A stretch of 64,000 bases of DNA from Tubiluchus corallicola. Taxonomy: Eukaryota; Animalia; Priapulida. Both the position numbers and the translations under genes were made by a program. Below are positions 25,885-41,025 of the stretch, piece after piece. The stretch spans positions 1 through 64,000 of the forward strand of contig JAQGDQ010000234.1 in assembly GCA_030141605.1 (NCBI GenBank). The letters run 5' to 3'. Under the pieces are notes generated by a model, which was given only the letters and a program-made list of their open reading frames with translations, made no database searches and had not been told where the DNA came from. How positions within the stretch are numbered: position 1 is the first letter of the stretch; each line of letters starts with the position of its first letter.

Positions 25885-27799
25885 CTACGAAATAAAAATC
25901 CCACCATTATAGTTTCATAAATCTACATACATGTCCATCATACCTCTTTATCTTTATGATGTATAATAGTATTAAATCTACAGTTGAACTGACAAGTTGA
26001 ATGAAACAATACCAGAATAGAAGAACTATCTGTTCTGCTATATAGTTTTCGTACGCACTTATTTTGCTAATGCCTAATCTGTTACTTTGGGGGCGGGCAT
26101 CTGTCTACAACTAATTTAAGTAAGACAAATACAGATACCAGTTGTTTTTTGTGAAAGGTATAACCCTAGTTTTGCGCCACTACCCTTCGTGGAAGTTGAT
26201 TTAGCAGCAAACATTTTACCGGAATTACTGATAAAAAATAGTGTCACATTAAGTGCACTGACTGTCTGTCATCATGCTACAATTTTGTTGTTGAGAAAAT
26301 TCTTTAACAGTTTGCTAATGTTTATCTATACATGGTATACTCAATGCGTTACGCAATACACAACAGGCTAAAGTACAGCAGGCAAATATATTTGATCGTA
26401 GTTTTAGGAAGTGGCCCTTTTCACATAACTAGTCATTGGTTATATCTGCTGCAGGCCTACCCTGGTGACGCACGTTTTTGACTATTAAATACAGGTAAAG
26501 TAGAACTGCTACTGTCACTGAAATGCAACCATTTTCTTCACTGTACAAAATCACTCTAAAGTGTTTGCATTGTTTGGGCCTTAAATAACATTTTTTGACG
26601 TTCCAGCTATTAATGTGCTTGAAATTTGTTGATGTTATTCTTAAAAATCCCTGATAGTATATTAACCTTTATTTCTAATACCTTTTTGTTTGTTGTGGCA
26701 TTAACTCGGTTATATAGTGCTTGGCTTTATCATGCGCGAAGGTTAGGAGGCTTAACTTAGTTTTTATCGTATCTCGAGATGTGCTTTAAATTTAATGAAT
26801 TTTCCCGAAGCTTCTTTAACATGTTTCCTACGGTGCCTTTATACACCCAAACTGTATAACTATATCACACTTCCCACTTAGACTTTTAATTTCTTCTGTC
26901 TAACTTCCCTTTATTTCTTTACACCACATACTTTTCATCATCTTCTGTGCATCTTTGGACTCACTTGAATTTATCAGATTGTATACGAACATCAATCTTT
27001 TGTAATTAATTCTCTAATGGAGTTTACACGAAAGCCATGCAGGCTGAATCCGTATGCAAACCCTATTGTTTGCTATTGTGCAAAAATAAGTAACTCCTGA
27101 TTAACAATGATCATAGCTAGTCGACCTCGGAGCAGCCTAGCCCGATTGTGCCAGGTGTCAAACAAATTAGCTTCACTCTGCATTAGGCAACAGGAGTATT
27201 CATTAAGAATGATTTGCTCTAATAGATGTGAAACCAACAATAAATGTAAGCACAAAATGGTAGCAATAAGTATTAATACTCTGTTGTCCATTTTTGAAGT
27301 GCAACTTTGGCACCAAAAGACCAAAAATTTATAATAGGCCTTAAACAGGCCATTTGTTACAAATGCCAATGCCATTTGCAATGCAATGAGTTTTCCAATG
27401 CCAATTGTAATGCTGAAAACAAGCAGACTTAATTACTAAACAGAAACTATTCTGCGTTATTCTCTACTGGGCGCCTCTTTCACCCCCAGTACATAACGCA
27501 ACAGCTCAGCCGCATTGTCAGCCGCCACAAGAGCTACACAGCAGTGGATGAATGTTGCCGTTGTTTAGTTAATTGGTTAGTAGTCAGATTCAACCTGCAT
27601 GTTTTCATGTAAACTCAGTATTTGTTCAACCGGTCACACACTTTTCTATTGGCATACCCCAATAACTAGTTGACGCCTTCTGGGACAACAGTTTTTGTAA
27701 CATTTTCTTATGTAGATGACTAACTAATGGAAGCCACATTAGCCAATATGGGGTCAGAAAAGCCTATAGTAAAAACTATTTAAGGAAACAGAAAGCAAA

Positions 27800-28400
27800 T
27801 CTTCAGTTTTAGAGTTGAGAGATGGCTGTATCTTGTTCATATGAAAAGCCTTATTTTTTCTTCTGTAAATCATATTTCTTCTGTACTGTATCAGTGATTG
27901 TGAAATTTTCTTCTATAATGGGGTGACTGTGCATGATGCAAGCACGTCTAGTCACACGCCTGATTCACACATACCTAATGCATCAGCCAAATGCATGAAG
28001 TCAGCTTACATCAATGACATGACAGCAAAAATAAGCACACTCTTCAACAGAACAGCCGTTAAACCAATATTTGTTTATTGGCACTGAGAATTTGTTTTCT
28101 ATTTTACATGCTAGGGAAAAAAACAGTCAATAGCAAACTGTGGTTTGCCTCTGCACTATACGAATTTAAATGTTGCAGCTGCAGCAACAATTATGTAGGC
28201 ATGACAACCAGGTTACTAACATACCGTTTAAGAAACAAACAATCACCTACACAAAGCACACTCTGCTTCCTGCAGTAACCCATTTATAGGTGAAAAATTC
28301 ACAATCACTGATACATCACGAAGAAATATGATTTAATGATCAAAAAATTTTTTCAAAAAACCAAGATACAACCATCCCTCAATCCTGAAACTGAAGGGTT
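27800..28400. mobile_element. Penelope-like element remnant (GIY-YIG) with inverted duplicated 3' part
   Basis: Plus-strand LYEFKCCSCSNNYVGMTTRLLTYRL is the Penelope GIY-YIG motif; 27801-27929 is a diverged inverted copy of 28273-28396. Confidence 0.7.
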
Positions 28401-28906
28401 CGTTTATAACCTCCTACTTACATAATTTTCTCCCATCATAATCATTTTTCCTCTGTCTACACATAGTACTCTTCAGCTCCAACACGCTTCTATTCTCACA
28501 TTTTTAATGATTATTTCAGTTTCACTTTCATTTATTTTATTTTATTTTATCTAGTTTATACTCAACAATTTTGATATGAAATTTTAACAATAGAGCTAAA
28601 TGACATTAATTTCTGATATTCCATGCAGCATGAAAAACAGTTCACTTTACTGTTACTCAGTTACACAATTCAGCGATACATTTGTGAAGTTCTTAAAAAA
28701 TGTATTATTATTTTTTAGTTGATATGAAAAAGTAAAATGTTTCTACGAATCGTCATGATCAAATAAATTATTAAATATTAAACAGGTCAATATATTAAAA
28801 ATGATACTGCGACCTGCTTTCAATATTTTGCATTTTAATTAGTCTTCATTTGGCATACTTGATTCTTATATCATCCATTACGCAGTAAACTCATACACTA
28901 AGATCA

Positions 28907-29209
<303 letters not shown>

Positions 29210-29745
29210 TTATGTTAAATTGATTTTTGCTAGATCTTCTGAGAACATTAGTACACTGTCAACTATGATCATCCTACTACAACTCACAATCATTCTACTA
29301 CAGCCAGATTATGTCATAAACGTTCTACTTCAGCCCAATTCGACCTGGAGGCACACTTAGTTTTGATGCAAAGATAGTTTAAAACAGACAATACCTTCCA
29401 CTTTTTTTCAGTTACAACATGACTTGCCAAAATACGAAACTATCATAAAAAAGTTAGCAAGAAGAATACTTTCAAAATTCCTAAATATCTGAGAAAGTGA
29501 GTCAAAGAGCACTCATTCAAAGCTGCCATTGAAGAACCAATGGTAACAAGTCAGAAACAATAAACAGAAGCTTTCTCTAAAACATGTTTAACAATTTATA
29601 AGTTTTTGAGCTGATGACAATGGCACATACATACGTACAAATAGACAAACAAATAGAAGCAGTTAGAAATACTTTCCTCATTAAACCGAATAAAATTTTA
29701 AATTAAAAGGTTATATTAACCTTCCCAAAAAGACACAACACTAAC

Positions 29746-29890
29746 CTCATCAGACAGCACTTCAATGAGTTTCACTATATTCGGATGTCCTTGACACAGA
29801 GTGAGTAACTTGATTTCACGACTCGTGTCAACGCGACGGCTCACAATTTTTACTGCAAATTTTGCACCATCTTCTCGCCGCTTGCAGCAC
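29746..29890 (-). CDS. RPS6KA5: MSK exon 13
   Basis: CCKRREDGAKFAVKIVSRRVDTSREIKLLTLCQGHPNIVKLIEVLSDE|gttagt. Confidence 0.95.
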
Positions 29891-30445
29891 CTAATGAAAA
29901 GGCATTGCAAGTTTTTCATGGAAACAACAATTTCAAACTAGCAACTGTGACTAGACTTGTATATGCAAGGGAAATAGCTGAATGGTAACGGTATGTGATT
30001 AGCAACCAAAATCAAGCAATGAAGAGCCTGACTGCTGGGCAAATTGCTTCTATGCAGCTCTGTGTGTCATACTGCCATCCTACAAGATGATAAATAGACA
30101 TCCTGATGTGGCTAAAACACCTTGGCTTGGAAGATAAGTCTTAATAATGACAGATCGACAGAGGTCCTACCATCAAGAAAATAAGTAGGCCTTGCCACTG
30201 AGTGTTTGACATTAGTACTGAACTGTACAAAAATAAAGATGAAAAAGTGTCCACTCTCAATAAGAAGACACAATGAGATCACATTAACTTTACTTCTGAC
30301 ATGGCCTCGTCTGATTTTAATGCCCAATTCAACATTGATCAAGCTTTGCCATTTCTTAATGGCAGGAAGTTACATCTTGTTTTATCTACATAATTCATAG
30401 AAAGAGAAACTATTTTGATCATAATACAAAGTTTCCACAACTTAC

Positions 30446-30525
30446 CTGCAAACAGAAAAGCTTCCGTCACCCAGCAAACCGGCTCTGCTTAGATCAATGT
30501 CATATTTCTGCGCAACAGCAGACTT
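30446..30525 (-). CDS. RPS6KA5: MSK exon 12 (C-kinase Gly loop)
   Basis: KSAVAQKYDIDLSRAGLLGDGSFSVC R|gtaag. Confidence 0.94.
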
Positions 30526-30941
30526 CTGTAAATAAGATCATCAATGATAATAAAGCATCACCCACCAAATCCATATCTGTTAAAGACATCCAAACACACA
30601 GCATAAACAGATATGCAAATTATTTAAAGTAGCATAACTGCAATAACAGCGAACTGAACAGTAATATTTAGTTTAAGTGATCATATATGCATTGATCTAA
30701 ATTTGTTGGACACAAGATTTTCCATGATTTGAATAAAATAATATTGACCAATGACTAGGATCTGGTTAACCTTGAATTAATCAATCAATATTATTCCAAA
30801 ATGTGAAAAGCAGTTTTCGTACAAGGTCTGAACTTCTGCAACTAATTCTGTCCTGGTTATATTCATAAAAAATGGTCACCACTGGCGTGTTACATGATTA
30901 CTCAATTCCACATCTTCAATTGTAAAAAAGGGAAAACGTAC

Positions 30942-31055
30942 CTGATATACAGCAGCAAATGTGTCGTGACTTGGTCGTGTGCCTTTTGGCACTGAAAGCG
31001 CATCACTAATCACATTATCACTGAATATAATTGAGGGTGCAATGTAAGAATAACC
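30942..31055 (-). CDS. RPS6KA5: MSK exon 11 (hydrophobic motif)
   Basis: GYSYIAPSIIFSDNVISDAL...AVYQ|gtacgt. Confidence 0.93.
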
Positions 31056-31774
31056 CTACAATAACAGAAAATTATAAGATACTAGAAAACAACGGGCAAC
31101 TATTGCATGTTCAATACTCATGTGGGTTCTTCTGGTTTGTAATCATCTTTTGAACATGGCTTCTGGTTGGCTGCCACAATATTCTGTGTTGCGAAGTCTT
31201 TAGTTCCGTAACATAAGTTTTAGTTATGACTCATAAATGCTAATCAATTTGTATTCTGTTGGGAAATATGGGTCACTAATCATTTCCTTTCGGAATAATT
31301 TTGCATGTTTTTATTACCATTAATTTTTTGCCACATTTCAATGCACCTAGCTCTACAATAAATATTAATTTACACTTTGAAACTTGTTTCAACCAAAGAT
31401 ATTCTGGTGATGCCTAACTATTGTTTGCTTTAAATATATCAATTGTCTAAATGTACTGCTGTTTTATATACTAATTATTCTTTTCAGTAATGCCTACACT
31501 TATTTTTCCAGGAACCAGGAAATGGGATACTTTTATAGTTGTTATTGTTGTTGTTATAGTAGTTATTGATATTGTTGGTTTGTTGTTGTTGTTTATTATT
31601 ATGTAACTTGATTATTTAACTTGTTATTTTTAAAAGTATAAGATTGTAATAAACTTGTTGCACTTTTATAATTTTCATGTTTCAATATTGTGGGTCTTGT
31701 GGATCAAAATTAGGCCAATTCAAAAACCACCAACTTTTACATGCAAATTTCTCAGAAAGCCAGAGTGTACTTAC

Positions 31775-31939
31775 CTTAAATAAAGTCCTCCTAGCAGAAT
31801 CTGGTACAACAGCTGGAGAATCGAATGGCAATTGAGACGTGAACTCACTGGCAAAGTTGCTTGTGTCTAGCTGATATCTAATCTGAGGTCTAAATGGTGG
31901 TGCAATTTTCTTCGCTGATACATCATCCCAATTTAGATT
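31775..31939 (-). CDS. RPS6KA5: MSK exon 10 (AGC tail, turn motif)
   Basis: NLNWDDVSAKKIAPPFRPQIRYQLDTSNFASEFTSQLPFDSPAVVP...LFK|gtaagt. Confidence 0.95.
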
Positions 31940-31981
31940 CTGTTTGCATGTATTAAAAATTATTTTAGTAAAACCCATATA

Positions 31982-32346
31982 CACTCATATCTCGGTTTGC
32001 CGGACCTCGCTTTTATGGATATGGGAAAAATCGGACAAAATCTGAAATGTTAAAAGACCCGCATACTATGGACACAGTCAGTTGTTACCCCGGCTGACCG
32101 CTAGGTGGCGGGCCGTCACTTTGTTTACAGCATTACATCAGTGCAACCAAGCAGCATGTAGAGACACGTGTAGCTTGTATGTCAGGAGCAGCCATACTAG
32201 ATGTTTTTGACACAATTAGATGATTGATTCTACATTACCGTGAGTCTAATACACGGCGTCTACTGTATTAGATCAGTAAATACGGACAATTGGCAAATTC
32301 GGACCGGCACCTTTCTGCTTTTGTCTGACAAACCAACATGCGAGTG
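31982..32346. mobile_element. Tc1/mariner (pogo-like) MITE
   Basis: TA|CACTCATATCTCGGTTTGCCGGAC ... GTCTGACAAACCAACATGCGAGTG|TA: imperfect TIRs with TA target duplication. Confidence 0.7.
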
Positions 32347-33112
32347 TAAACTATTTTATTTTATAAAGATAAATATTTTAAAGAGCTTAGTTACTGCAAT
32401 AAAAAAATCTAACACCGCATTCAAATTGGAAAGTTTTCTGACACAAGTTTTTTGTGCAAGAGCTAACCTGCTACTGTGAACTGCTTCGCGAGTTACTGTC
32501 AGCAAGAAACTGCACACTTTTGAACAGTTGCGGCAAGCAGATTTACTGCCTAATGTAAATGCCTTTGAGCAGCTCTCTCCACTTTATACAATAAATTCAG
32601 ACTAAAACAGCTAAAAATTTATTGCATTTTATATGTGATAGTAGACAGGCTGACATGTTAATATTAAAACTAAAATATCAATATCAATAACGTATGGCAA
32701 CAAATATATAATACAATAAGTGAATTTTTTTTTATTTTTGCCACCCATAGAGTTACATTCTAGAACAATTAGAAGTAGAAAATCACTTGTTTCTTCAAGA
32801 ACGAGAATTCTTAATTGCAACACGTTAGCCTAAACAGTGAGATAATGCTTTTTTTGCAATTTACAACACTCTTGAAATTATGATAAATTACAGAACTAAT
32901 GATTATATACATACATTTTTAGCTAAGAAAAGCTGTGTCTGTGTTTGTCATTTTATGTTACAAAGGCCTTATATAGCCTATGTTGTCCTAGTCTTGGTAA
33001 ATAATTCAAGTTTTTTTACTGAATGATCAAATCGAAGTGATTTACACATGGCAGTGATATAAATCATTTCACATTGTCAGTGAGGCAAGTAGGACAAACT
33101 TATGCAACACAC

Positions 33113-33263
33113 CTTGAAAAATGGATGACTTTTTATTTCTTCGAAGCCTTGACAATGGCAGCCAAGACGATCTGCCGGATGCTTCTGCAGCAATGCTTGG
33201 ATAAAACTCTTTGCTTCCCAACTCATCGAATTAGGATATGGAGGATTGATCGTTATTATTCGC
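33113..33263 (-). CDS. RPS6KA5: MSK exon 9
   Basis: RIITINPPYP...ALLQKHPADRLG...EEIKSHPFFK|gtgtgt. Confidence 0.93.
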
Positions 33264-33888
33264 CTAAAAATAAAGTGATCAATATAAGCTACCTTTTATT
33301 AAACTATATCACACTTTTTGTGATGTCATTTCTTATGTGTTCAAATGCTTTTGGTGTCAAAGACTTACATTTTAAAATTAAAATAATGTATATAAGTTAT
33401 GCACTTATGATGAAGTGACATGTGCCTCAAAGGATCAAAAATTTCCAGTTTGCCTTTTAGCAATTTTATGAAGTTTGGCACTGCAGCTGTATATAGTGAA
33501 ACCTAGATCAAGAATAACCTAAAAAGTGACACAATAGAGCAACTGGTAGAGGTGTCTTAATCATATCGTCCCTTTATGGGATAACAGGGGTTTCCCAGCA
33601 GAGAAATTTTACTCAAGGCCTTCTGTTTCCCGATCATTCAAATTCAAAAAGTAAGCAGTTACAGTTTTAGATATGTGTTTAACTTAATCACTGAAAAAAT
33701 CTATAGATCTATAAATTTGCCATATGGTAAATGATGATCATTGCAAATATTAAAGATATGAAAAATTATTCTTCAGTTAGATTTATCGTTTATTTATGTA
33801 GGCGAGTGACAAAACTGACAGACGCTGCCTAATACAAGGTTTTGAAAGTCTGTAACCTCACTTGTGTCAAAGTCAAGTATAAACTTAC

Positions 33889-33992
33889 TTGGATATTTCA
33901 GACTGTGTGTTGGAAGCACCGTCTACAGTAAAAGGAGAAGCACCTGTGATGAGTTCATATGTGAGCACACCTAAACTCCACCAATCAACAGC
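33889..33992 (-). CDS. RPS6KA5: MSK exon 8
   Basis: AVDWWSLGVLTYELITGASPFTVDGASNTQSEIS K|gtaagt. Confidence 0.95.
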
Positions 33993-34578
33993 CTACGGCA
34001 AATAAACGTAAGTAAGTATAACAACATTTGTGATTGCAAACGTCCTTACCTTCTAATCAACTTCGAAATCTCTTTGTATAATCCTTAGTAGAATTTCTTC
34101 TTTTTCTGTTATTTGTCTTTTTCTTTTTGTAGTCAGCCCAAACATTTTCTCGTTTTCTAATGTTTTGAATGTTTTCATTTTTGATCTCAGCAAATAAGCA
34201 AATATCCTAAAAACATTTCTACTTTGCAACTTCACTATCCACATTTCGTTAAGAAAGTGTTTTATTGCTCCTATTTAAAATGCACAGTGACGTTATGTTC
34301 ACATAAAATTTCTGCACTGCTGATTATTTTATGACAGAGCTGCTTTACAGTCAGCAGGTGCAGGTAATGAAGCTGATCATTTACTGTCTACAGAACATAC
34401 ATTACCTGAAGAAACAAGTGTGACATAGCACTATTTTTTAACATACCTGTTGACAAGCCAATGTTTTATAAAATAAACATTTAATAAGAAAAGAAATTAG
34501 TAACAAATGTTTTAGCGAAATGATAAAAAAAATCAAGTTTTTATAGCATACAGTCAAGACAAAAATGTGTTAATTTAC

Positions 34579-34662
34579 CAAGTCATGTCCATGGGCACCT
34601 TGTCTTAAAACTTCCGGAGCCATGTACTCTACTGTACCACAAAATGAAAATGCTCTCTGTTT
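34579..34662 (-). CDS. RPS6KA5: MSK exon 7 (N-kinase activation loop)
   Basis: KQRAFSFCGTVEYMAPEVLRQGAHGHDL|gtaaat. Confidence 0.95.
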
Positions 34663-37112
34663 CTGAAGTTAAGAAATACACAATATGATAATACACAATA
34701 TTTACTGTTTTTATAAATAAGATCTTTAGTTCAGGATACTTGAGCCTTACTATGAAACTATTACACTTGACTTCTGTTAAGTTTTCATCTGCTTGGTAAC
34801 CAATTCAGTGGAAAACTGATCATAAGAAAAACAAAGTGTGAAACAGGTTTTCTAACCATTTATATACAAAGAATAACAAAATAATCATATGTGTGTGTGT
34901 GTGTGTGTGTGGGTGCGTGCGTGCGCGTGTGTGTGAATAATTTAACACATGGATATAATCATGAACAATAATAAAAAATGGAAATCTCCTGATAGCTCTG
35001 CAAGTCTTATTGAAAATCAATCAGTAGCCAAGCATTTTTGCTTTAGTTTCACTACAATCCACAGTAAACTGAGATGTTAGGGCTGCCAATACCAAATAAA
35101 TTTTAAATGGTTCACTTGAAAAGCCACATTCTCACTTAGGGACGGCTAGTGGTAGCCAGCTTTTTCTGCAAAAGCTTCATCATTACACAAGATTACAAGG
35201 TCTCTCTCTCTGTGTGTATGTGCACGTGTGTGTGTGAGTGTGTATGTGTATGTATATTTGTCTTTTTATACGCACCTTGGCTATTGCACCTAAGGAACTG
35301 ATTCAGGTAGGTGCCACAACACTGATGACATGTTGATTCAATTTTTGTGAAGGTTGCTTAACACAATACAGCCAAGAATATAAAGACTCTCGGTCCTCCA
35401 CAATACCTACAGCCCATTAATGGATCCTGTTTATAGATCTGCCTGTTTAAGGTCCCGTTAAATAGGTCATGCGCGAAGTCAGTTTCTCCAATATAAAAGC
35501 GCATGAAGGTTTATACTTAACTGAATGGGTAGGCAGGTAGTTTGATGTGTGGCTTTTTACTTAAAAAACAGCTTCATTTTACCAGTTTCTACAGGCTGTC
35601 TGTTACACCTTCAACACAGATGAGCATGCATAGATTTTAATGAACAGGTTGTTTATAATGCGGATTTTTCCCCCATTCTCTAACATAGCATCTATGCACA
35701 AAATAAAAATAAAAAACTAAAATCCTCTTTAAGTTGCATTACCTGAGCTCATTCTACAGCAACCAAATGCAGAAAGTTCAAACCTCAATATTATTATGAA
35801 CAGTAATAATATTTCTAACCTTAATTCATGAGCAATTTTAAAGTGTAGTGATAGGTGTTTAGTGTGTAACCCATTCCTGTGGAACAAGATAGGTAGCGCG
35901 TATGGCAATTTTTGATTGTTTCCACAATACAACAGTGACACGACTAACATGACTGACTGCTTTGTCCCCAAAAATTATAAAAGCGAGAAAAGCACACTTG
36001 TGACTGCTAGTTTGGTATAGTTGATCAGCTTTAAAGAGTCTACATCACACATGCAAGTGTAGAAATCATTCTCTTTAGTTGTCTGGTGATAAAAAAATGT
36101 TTGTCATAAATACTGTTATGTACTTAACCAGAACACACGCACTGATCAAGTTGGAAACTTGTTGAATAAACATCGAAATTCAAAGCATGAAGTAACAGCA
36201 CAAATATTTCTATACTGATAAAAGATTTTAAACATTAAATAAATGTGTATTGCAAAGAAATTAACAAACTGCTTACATACATTGTTCTTTACTTAAGTGT
36301 ACAGAGGCAAAAACCTACAAGGCAAATTGTTAATACATGCTGAGTTGCAAAAGCAAAAAAGACTAAACAAAACAAAACAAATATAAATTTGGTTTGCTTA
36401 AACTTTCTGCTGATGCAATGCATTCATTACTATCAAGCTACCCGTATATTTTTTAAACCACACGTGCACGCAGCAACCTTGACATACTGTTGAAAATGGG
36501 TTAAAGAAATTTTTCCTGTCCTCCATAAATAAACAACTTTTCCAGATGTTGGCTTGTTATTGTTTAACTGACTTTAATCAAAAATAGGCTACGACTAAAA
36601 GCCAGCACCGTTTACATATTTTGACATACAAGAGCTATGATGAAAGAAGAATACACAAAGTTGGGTGGTGAATAATATGTATCTGTATCTGTAGTGATGC
36701 AGCCTCTTTCAGAGAGATATAAATGCAATATTACAATTTTTCACACATCACAAATTGGTTTGACTAAAGAAGATAAAAACTAAGAAAATTAAAGAGAAAT
36801 GATGTCAATTCCAGAATAGACAAATTGTAAGGAATGTAAATCATAAAAATAAAAATTCTTCTCATTTTTATTTAACCTTAAGTCTTGGAGAAATGAAAGT
36901 CTAGTGTATAAAGGCATCAGCTGGATTACTAATGCAACACAGCAGGATAGTGCAGTAACATACCAAACAAAGGGCAAGCCCCTGTCAGTACGGAGACGTG
37001 TTTGTTGTTTTCAAGTTCACATTTCTCGTAAGAAAAACATGACAAAGCTTTTTTAATAAGTTGCAAGGACAGTTAATTAACATTTTGATTATTCCCAGTT
37101 AATGAGGTATCA

Positions 37113-37280
<168 letters not shown>

Positions 37281-38435
37281 TTAACGGACAGTATTGTTTA
37301 CAAATTACAATCACAATTCAGTGAAAAATAAACAGTGCTTCTACAACTTTTGACATAGCACAATGTACAATGACAATGATTTAATATATTCTTAGGATTA
37401 GGGGCAAATTTACATAAAACTACCCATCTGTTTTATTACAAGAACCCTTGTACAGCATCAGTAAATTCTCATTTATAGCAAACATCCAACTTCACTGGTC
37501 CTATACTACACAAATGTATATACTATAATATGACAGAATTATCATGTTTTTTTTGCTCGATGTTTTGGTCCTTCGTTCTATGATTTGCAAATTAGACTTC
37601 ACTGCATCTACAGCTTTAATTTAGTGTCAAGCATTTTTGAGTTATCATTCCGCTTGCTGCTGTCACAGTGGTGCTTTTAAGAAATTCAGACAAACAGTCA
37701 CGACAAACCATTGTGACAAGTGTATTGTTAGGGAGTTCACCAAACTCATAGTCAGCGATAAGTACAAGTTATAAATTTACATGTAAATAGAAGTTACAAA
37801 CATTGGTTTTACAATGGCAGTTTATTGCTCTAGGCTTAAACAACAACATAACATTCAAAAACACCATGTTAAATAAATGCCTTGTCCACTAACAACTGAC
37901 AGAGGTGAAACCATATCATGTGCTAAATGGTTAGGTCTGGGCTGTCGATTAGAATTCACCTGTTATTACCTACTCGTGTTATTCAAAATATTCCTTCATG
38001 TGTGCAAAATTTTATAAAGAGGGGTTTTGTATAAAGTAATACTAAGTAAATTGTTACCTAGAGGATAAAATAATAAATAATTTCAGAATTTATATAAGCA
38101 TATGTAACGATAAAACCACATTACAGTACACATAAAAATTGCAGACAATCAAGTTTTATAAATACTATAAAATAACATAAAAATCCTGCTACATGAAGGG
38201 TGTAATTGTAAAAGAAACTACTGTTGATTTTCTGAATATACATTTAGGCATCCTTGTAAGCTGAAATCCAGCATTCAGAGGGAGAGCATACTAAATAATT
38301 GCAGCAGGACAACAGCCCAGCACATTATCAAAGATAACCTTCTATGGTGAGACATAGAACTGGCAAAGGTGTGCTGGCTGACTTGGATTAATGTGCATGC
38401 TTACTCAATAAGGTAAACAGCTGGACAGTATAAGA

Positions 38436-38492
38436 CTTCCACTTGGTTACCGTCCCAGTTACTAACCAGACTTGGCATTGCTAAATTTCAGT
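38436..38492 (-). mobile_element. 5S rRNA-derived fragment
   Basis: Minus strand GAAATTTAGCAATGCCAAGTCTGGTTAGTAACTGGGACGGTAACC resembles 5S A/IE/C boxes. Confidence 0.45.
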
Positions 38493-38576
38493 CACTATTG
38501 AGCAATAAGCTATTCCTCAATATTCTTTTACAATAATACGACCTTCTTGTGGCCGTAACTTTAACAAAGCCATTAC

Positions 38577-38692
38577 CTTGTGAAGGTGTTCAAGAGCTAA
38601 AGCAACCTCAGCAATGTAAAGTTTTGCCTCTTCTTCACTGAAGTGATCTTTGTGGTACAAATGAGTGAACATTTCACCCCCACTGATATAAT
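38577..38692 (-). CDS. RPS6KA5: MSK exon 5
   Basis: DYISGGEMFTHLYHKDHFSEEEAKLYIAEVALALEHLHK|gtaatg. Confidence 0.95.
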
Positions 38693-39452
38693 CTGTTAAA
38701 TATATTATAGACAGACATTAATTCTTGTCATTGATAATCTGAAAAAAATCAAAAATTTTATTCCTGGACTGGGCATCTCAAACTTCTCTTAGTTAATTTC
38801 ATAGGTTTAATTTTAAGATTAAAATGCATTAGTATAACGAATAAGTTAAACCCTTAAAAGGATGACTTGGTTATCCATGCTGAATAAATTACTTGTCCTG
38901 TCTGAATTAATTACATAGGCTACAGCACAAAATCCAGCTGTCAACTATTAACTAACTAATGCCACGGTATTAGTGCCATGACTCGCAAATCACCAATTAG
39001 CTCACTACACACAGAAAGAGACCCTAGAGAAGATATTCAGTAAGTAAAAGTGAAGCCATTTCCCATTTTCCAGTTGCCATCAAATGCTTTATGTCCCCAG
39101 CAGCAGTGGCTGTTTTATAAAGAAACAACTTTTCCTAGCTATTGACACACTAGAGATTTTTTGATAATAAAACAAGTATTTGAGCAAAGTAAAAACCACA
39201 AACTAGCCATGCTAAAAAGTTTAGCTATTGCTAAAATACCCACAATCAATTGGTAAATAGTTACTAATGAAGTAAAGAAGTGCTAGTGCTTAAATCATAA
39301 CAGTGCTTTACTATGTATATATGCATCATGAAAGTATTATGAAGACACTTTAAAGATTTTGTTACAGCATACAAGATAATGACGATATAATAATCTTTAA
39401 AACTAACTACTGTAAGGTTAGTGCACTGTATAAAGAAGAGCACAATTTGTTA

Positions 39453-39617
<165 letters not shown>

Positions 39618-40957
39618 TCATGGATTACGGAATGCAGCATGTACTGTTACTCAACAATATAAAAATGTCAGTGTTATATCAGCTGGGAATTTCCTACTAC
39701 TTACTACATTTTACGACCCTTTTTAACTGCATATTTGTTATGTGGTTTTATTTTTATGATGAATGGCACTTATGCACTCCCAGGCATAAAGCTTTTGTTC
39801 TTTAAAATCAATGCACGTATAGTAATGCCCGAAAGTCTCTATTCTGCCAGTTCTTTCCAATTTGTGTTACCTGAACATGCAATCTCAATTCATTGGGGAA
39901 GAAGCCTAGTTTTTAAACCTAGTTAGATATAGCTAGTAGAAAAATGCTCAGAGTCGACTTCCATTAGCGATGTTATCACAACTAATATGTCAGTCATGGC
40001 AACAGATATGAATTTGAAGACATTATACAATGAAAAGTCAGTGGCACGTGTCCAGTACAACCAAGTTCCAGGTTCCAGTACATGTGGATGGCTGTCAGCT
40101 TGTACATCTACAGTATAACTGTTAGAGTCTAGCGACACACGTTAAAGGGTTGGATTAGAGCATTTTCACACAATGAAAGAAACTCGCACAGTTATCAAGC
40201 CTCTGAACAAATTTGCTAGTGGTCAAAGAATGGTCAAATGTGGACCATCACACCCATGGACACTCTAATCTAGAAGAGGTTGTAAAGAGGATTTTAAGCA
40301 CTAGGATACAAAAGCAGCAGCAGCTTCACTCCATACTTTTTAAACCATTGCTTTAAACCGTTTAAGAGAATTGAATATTCTGTACCAAAGTAGTCCCCAG
40401 ATTTTGTAAAATTATTAGTGGAAACACTTGAAAAGCAGCAGCCTTATAAATAGCAAAAATTCAAGTCTACACCTGAATTTTTTACCAAAATCAAGATTTT
40501 GCTCGAGATACCAAGTTAGGAACATTAACAATGTTATTTCCTTTTTCATCCATTAGGTAGGTGTCTATATAATTGAAGCTGAATCGACTGACAGAGCTCT
40601 GTGAGAGAAACTTAGAAAAGTAGTTTCTGTAGTTAAATTACATGTTCAAAGTAAAATGGTCAATCAATCAAAATAAAAATTAGGTGTGTGAAGGTATATC
40701 ACATCAGTTTCAGTAAAATGTTTTCATGGAAAACTAAGAGAAAGCAACAGAAAACTTTGTCAGCTTGTACTTGTACTTTAAACTGTGCATTTGCAAGTTT
40801 ATGACAAAGGCTACCAGAATTTTCTGACAGGCTTTAGCAATGGTTTATTATCTCACAATTCTACAGCAAATTAACACTTTCCCCATTTTATATCTTAATG
40901 TCTGACCTTTTGTGGAACATAAGAAAATGTAAAAACTTGCATGTAAAACAAACTTAC

Positions 40958-41025
40958 CTTCATAGCATAGAGTTTGTTAGCATCACTACCAGTTACCTTT
41001 TTGACAAGAAACACTTTGCCATATG
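40958..41025 (-). CDS. RPS6KA5: MSK exon 3
   Basis: AYGKVFLVKKVTGSDANKLYAMK|gtaagt. Confidence 0.95.

Noticed and set aside
26690-27000. Possible LINE 3' end on the minus strand
   Set aside because: Only vague motif resemblance; cannot be supported without a search.
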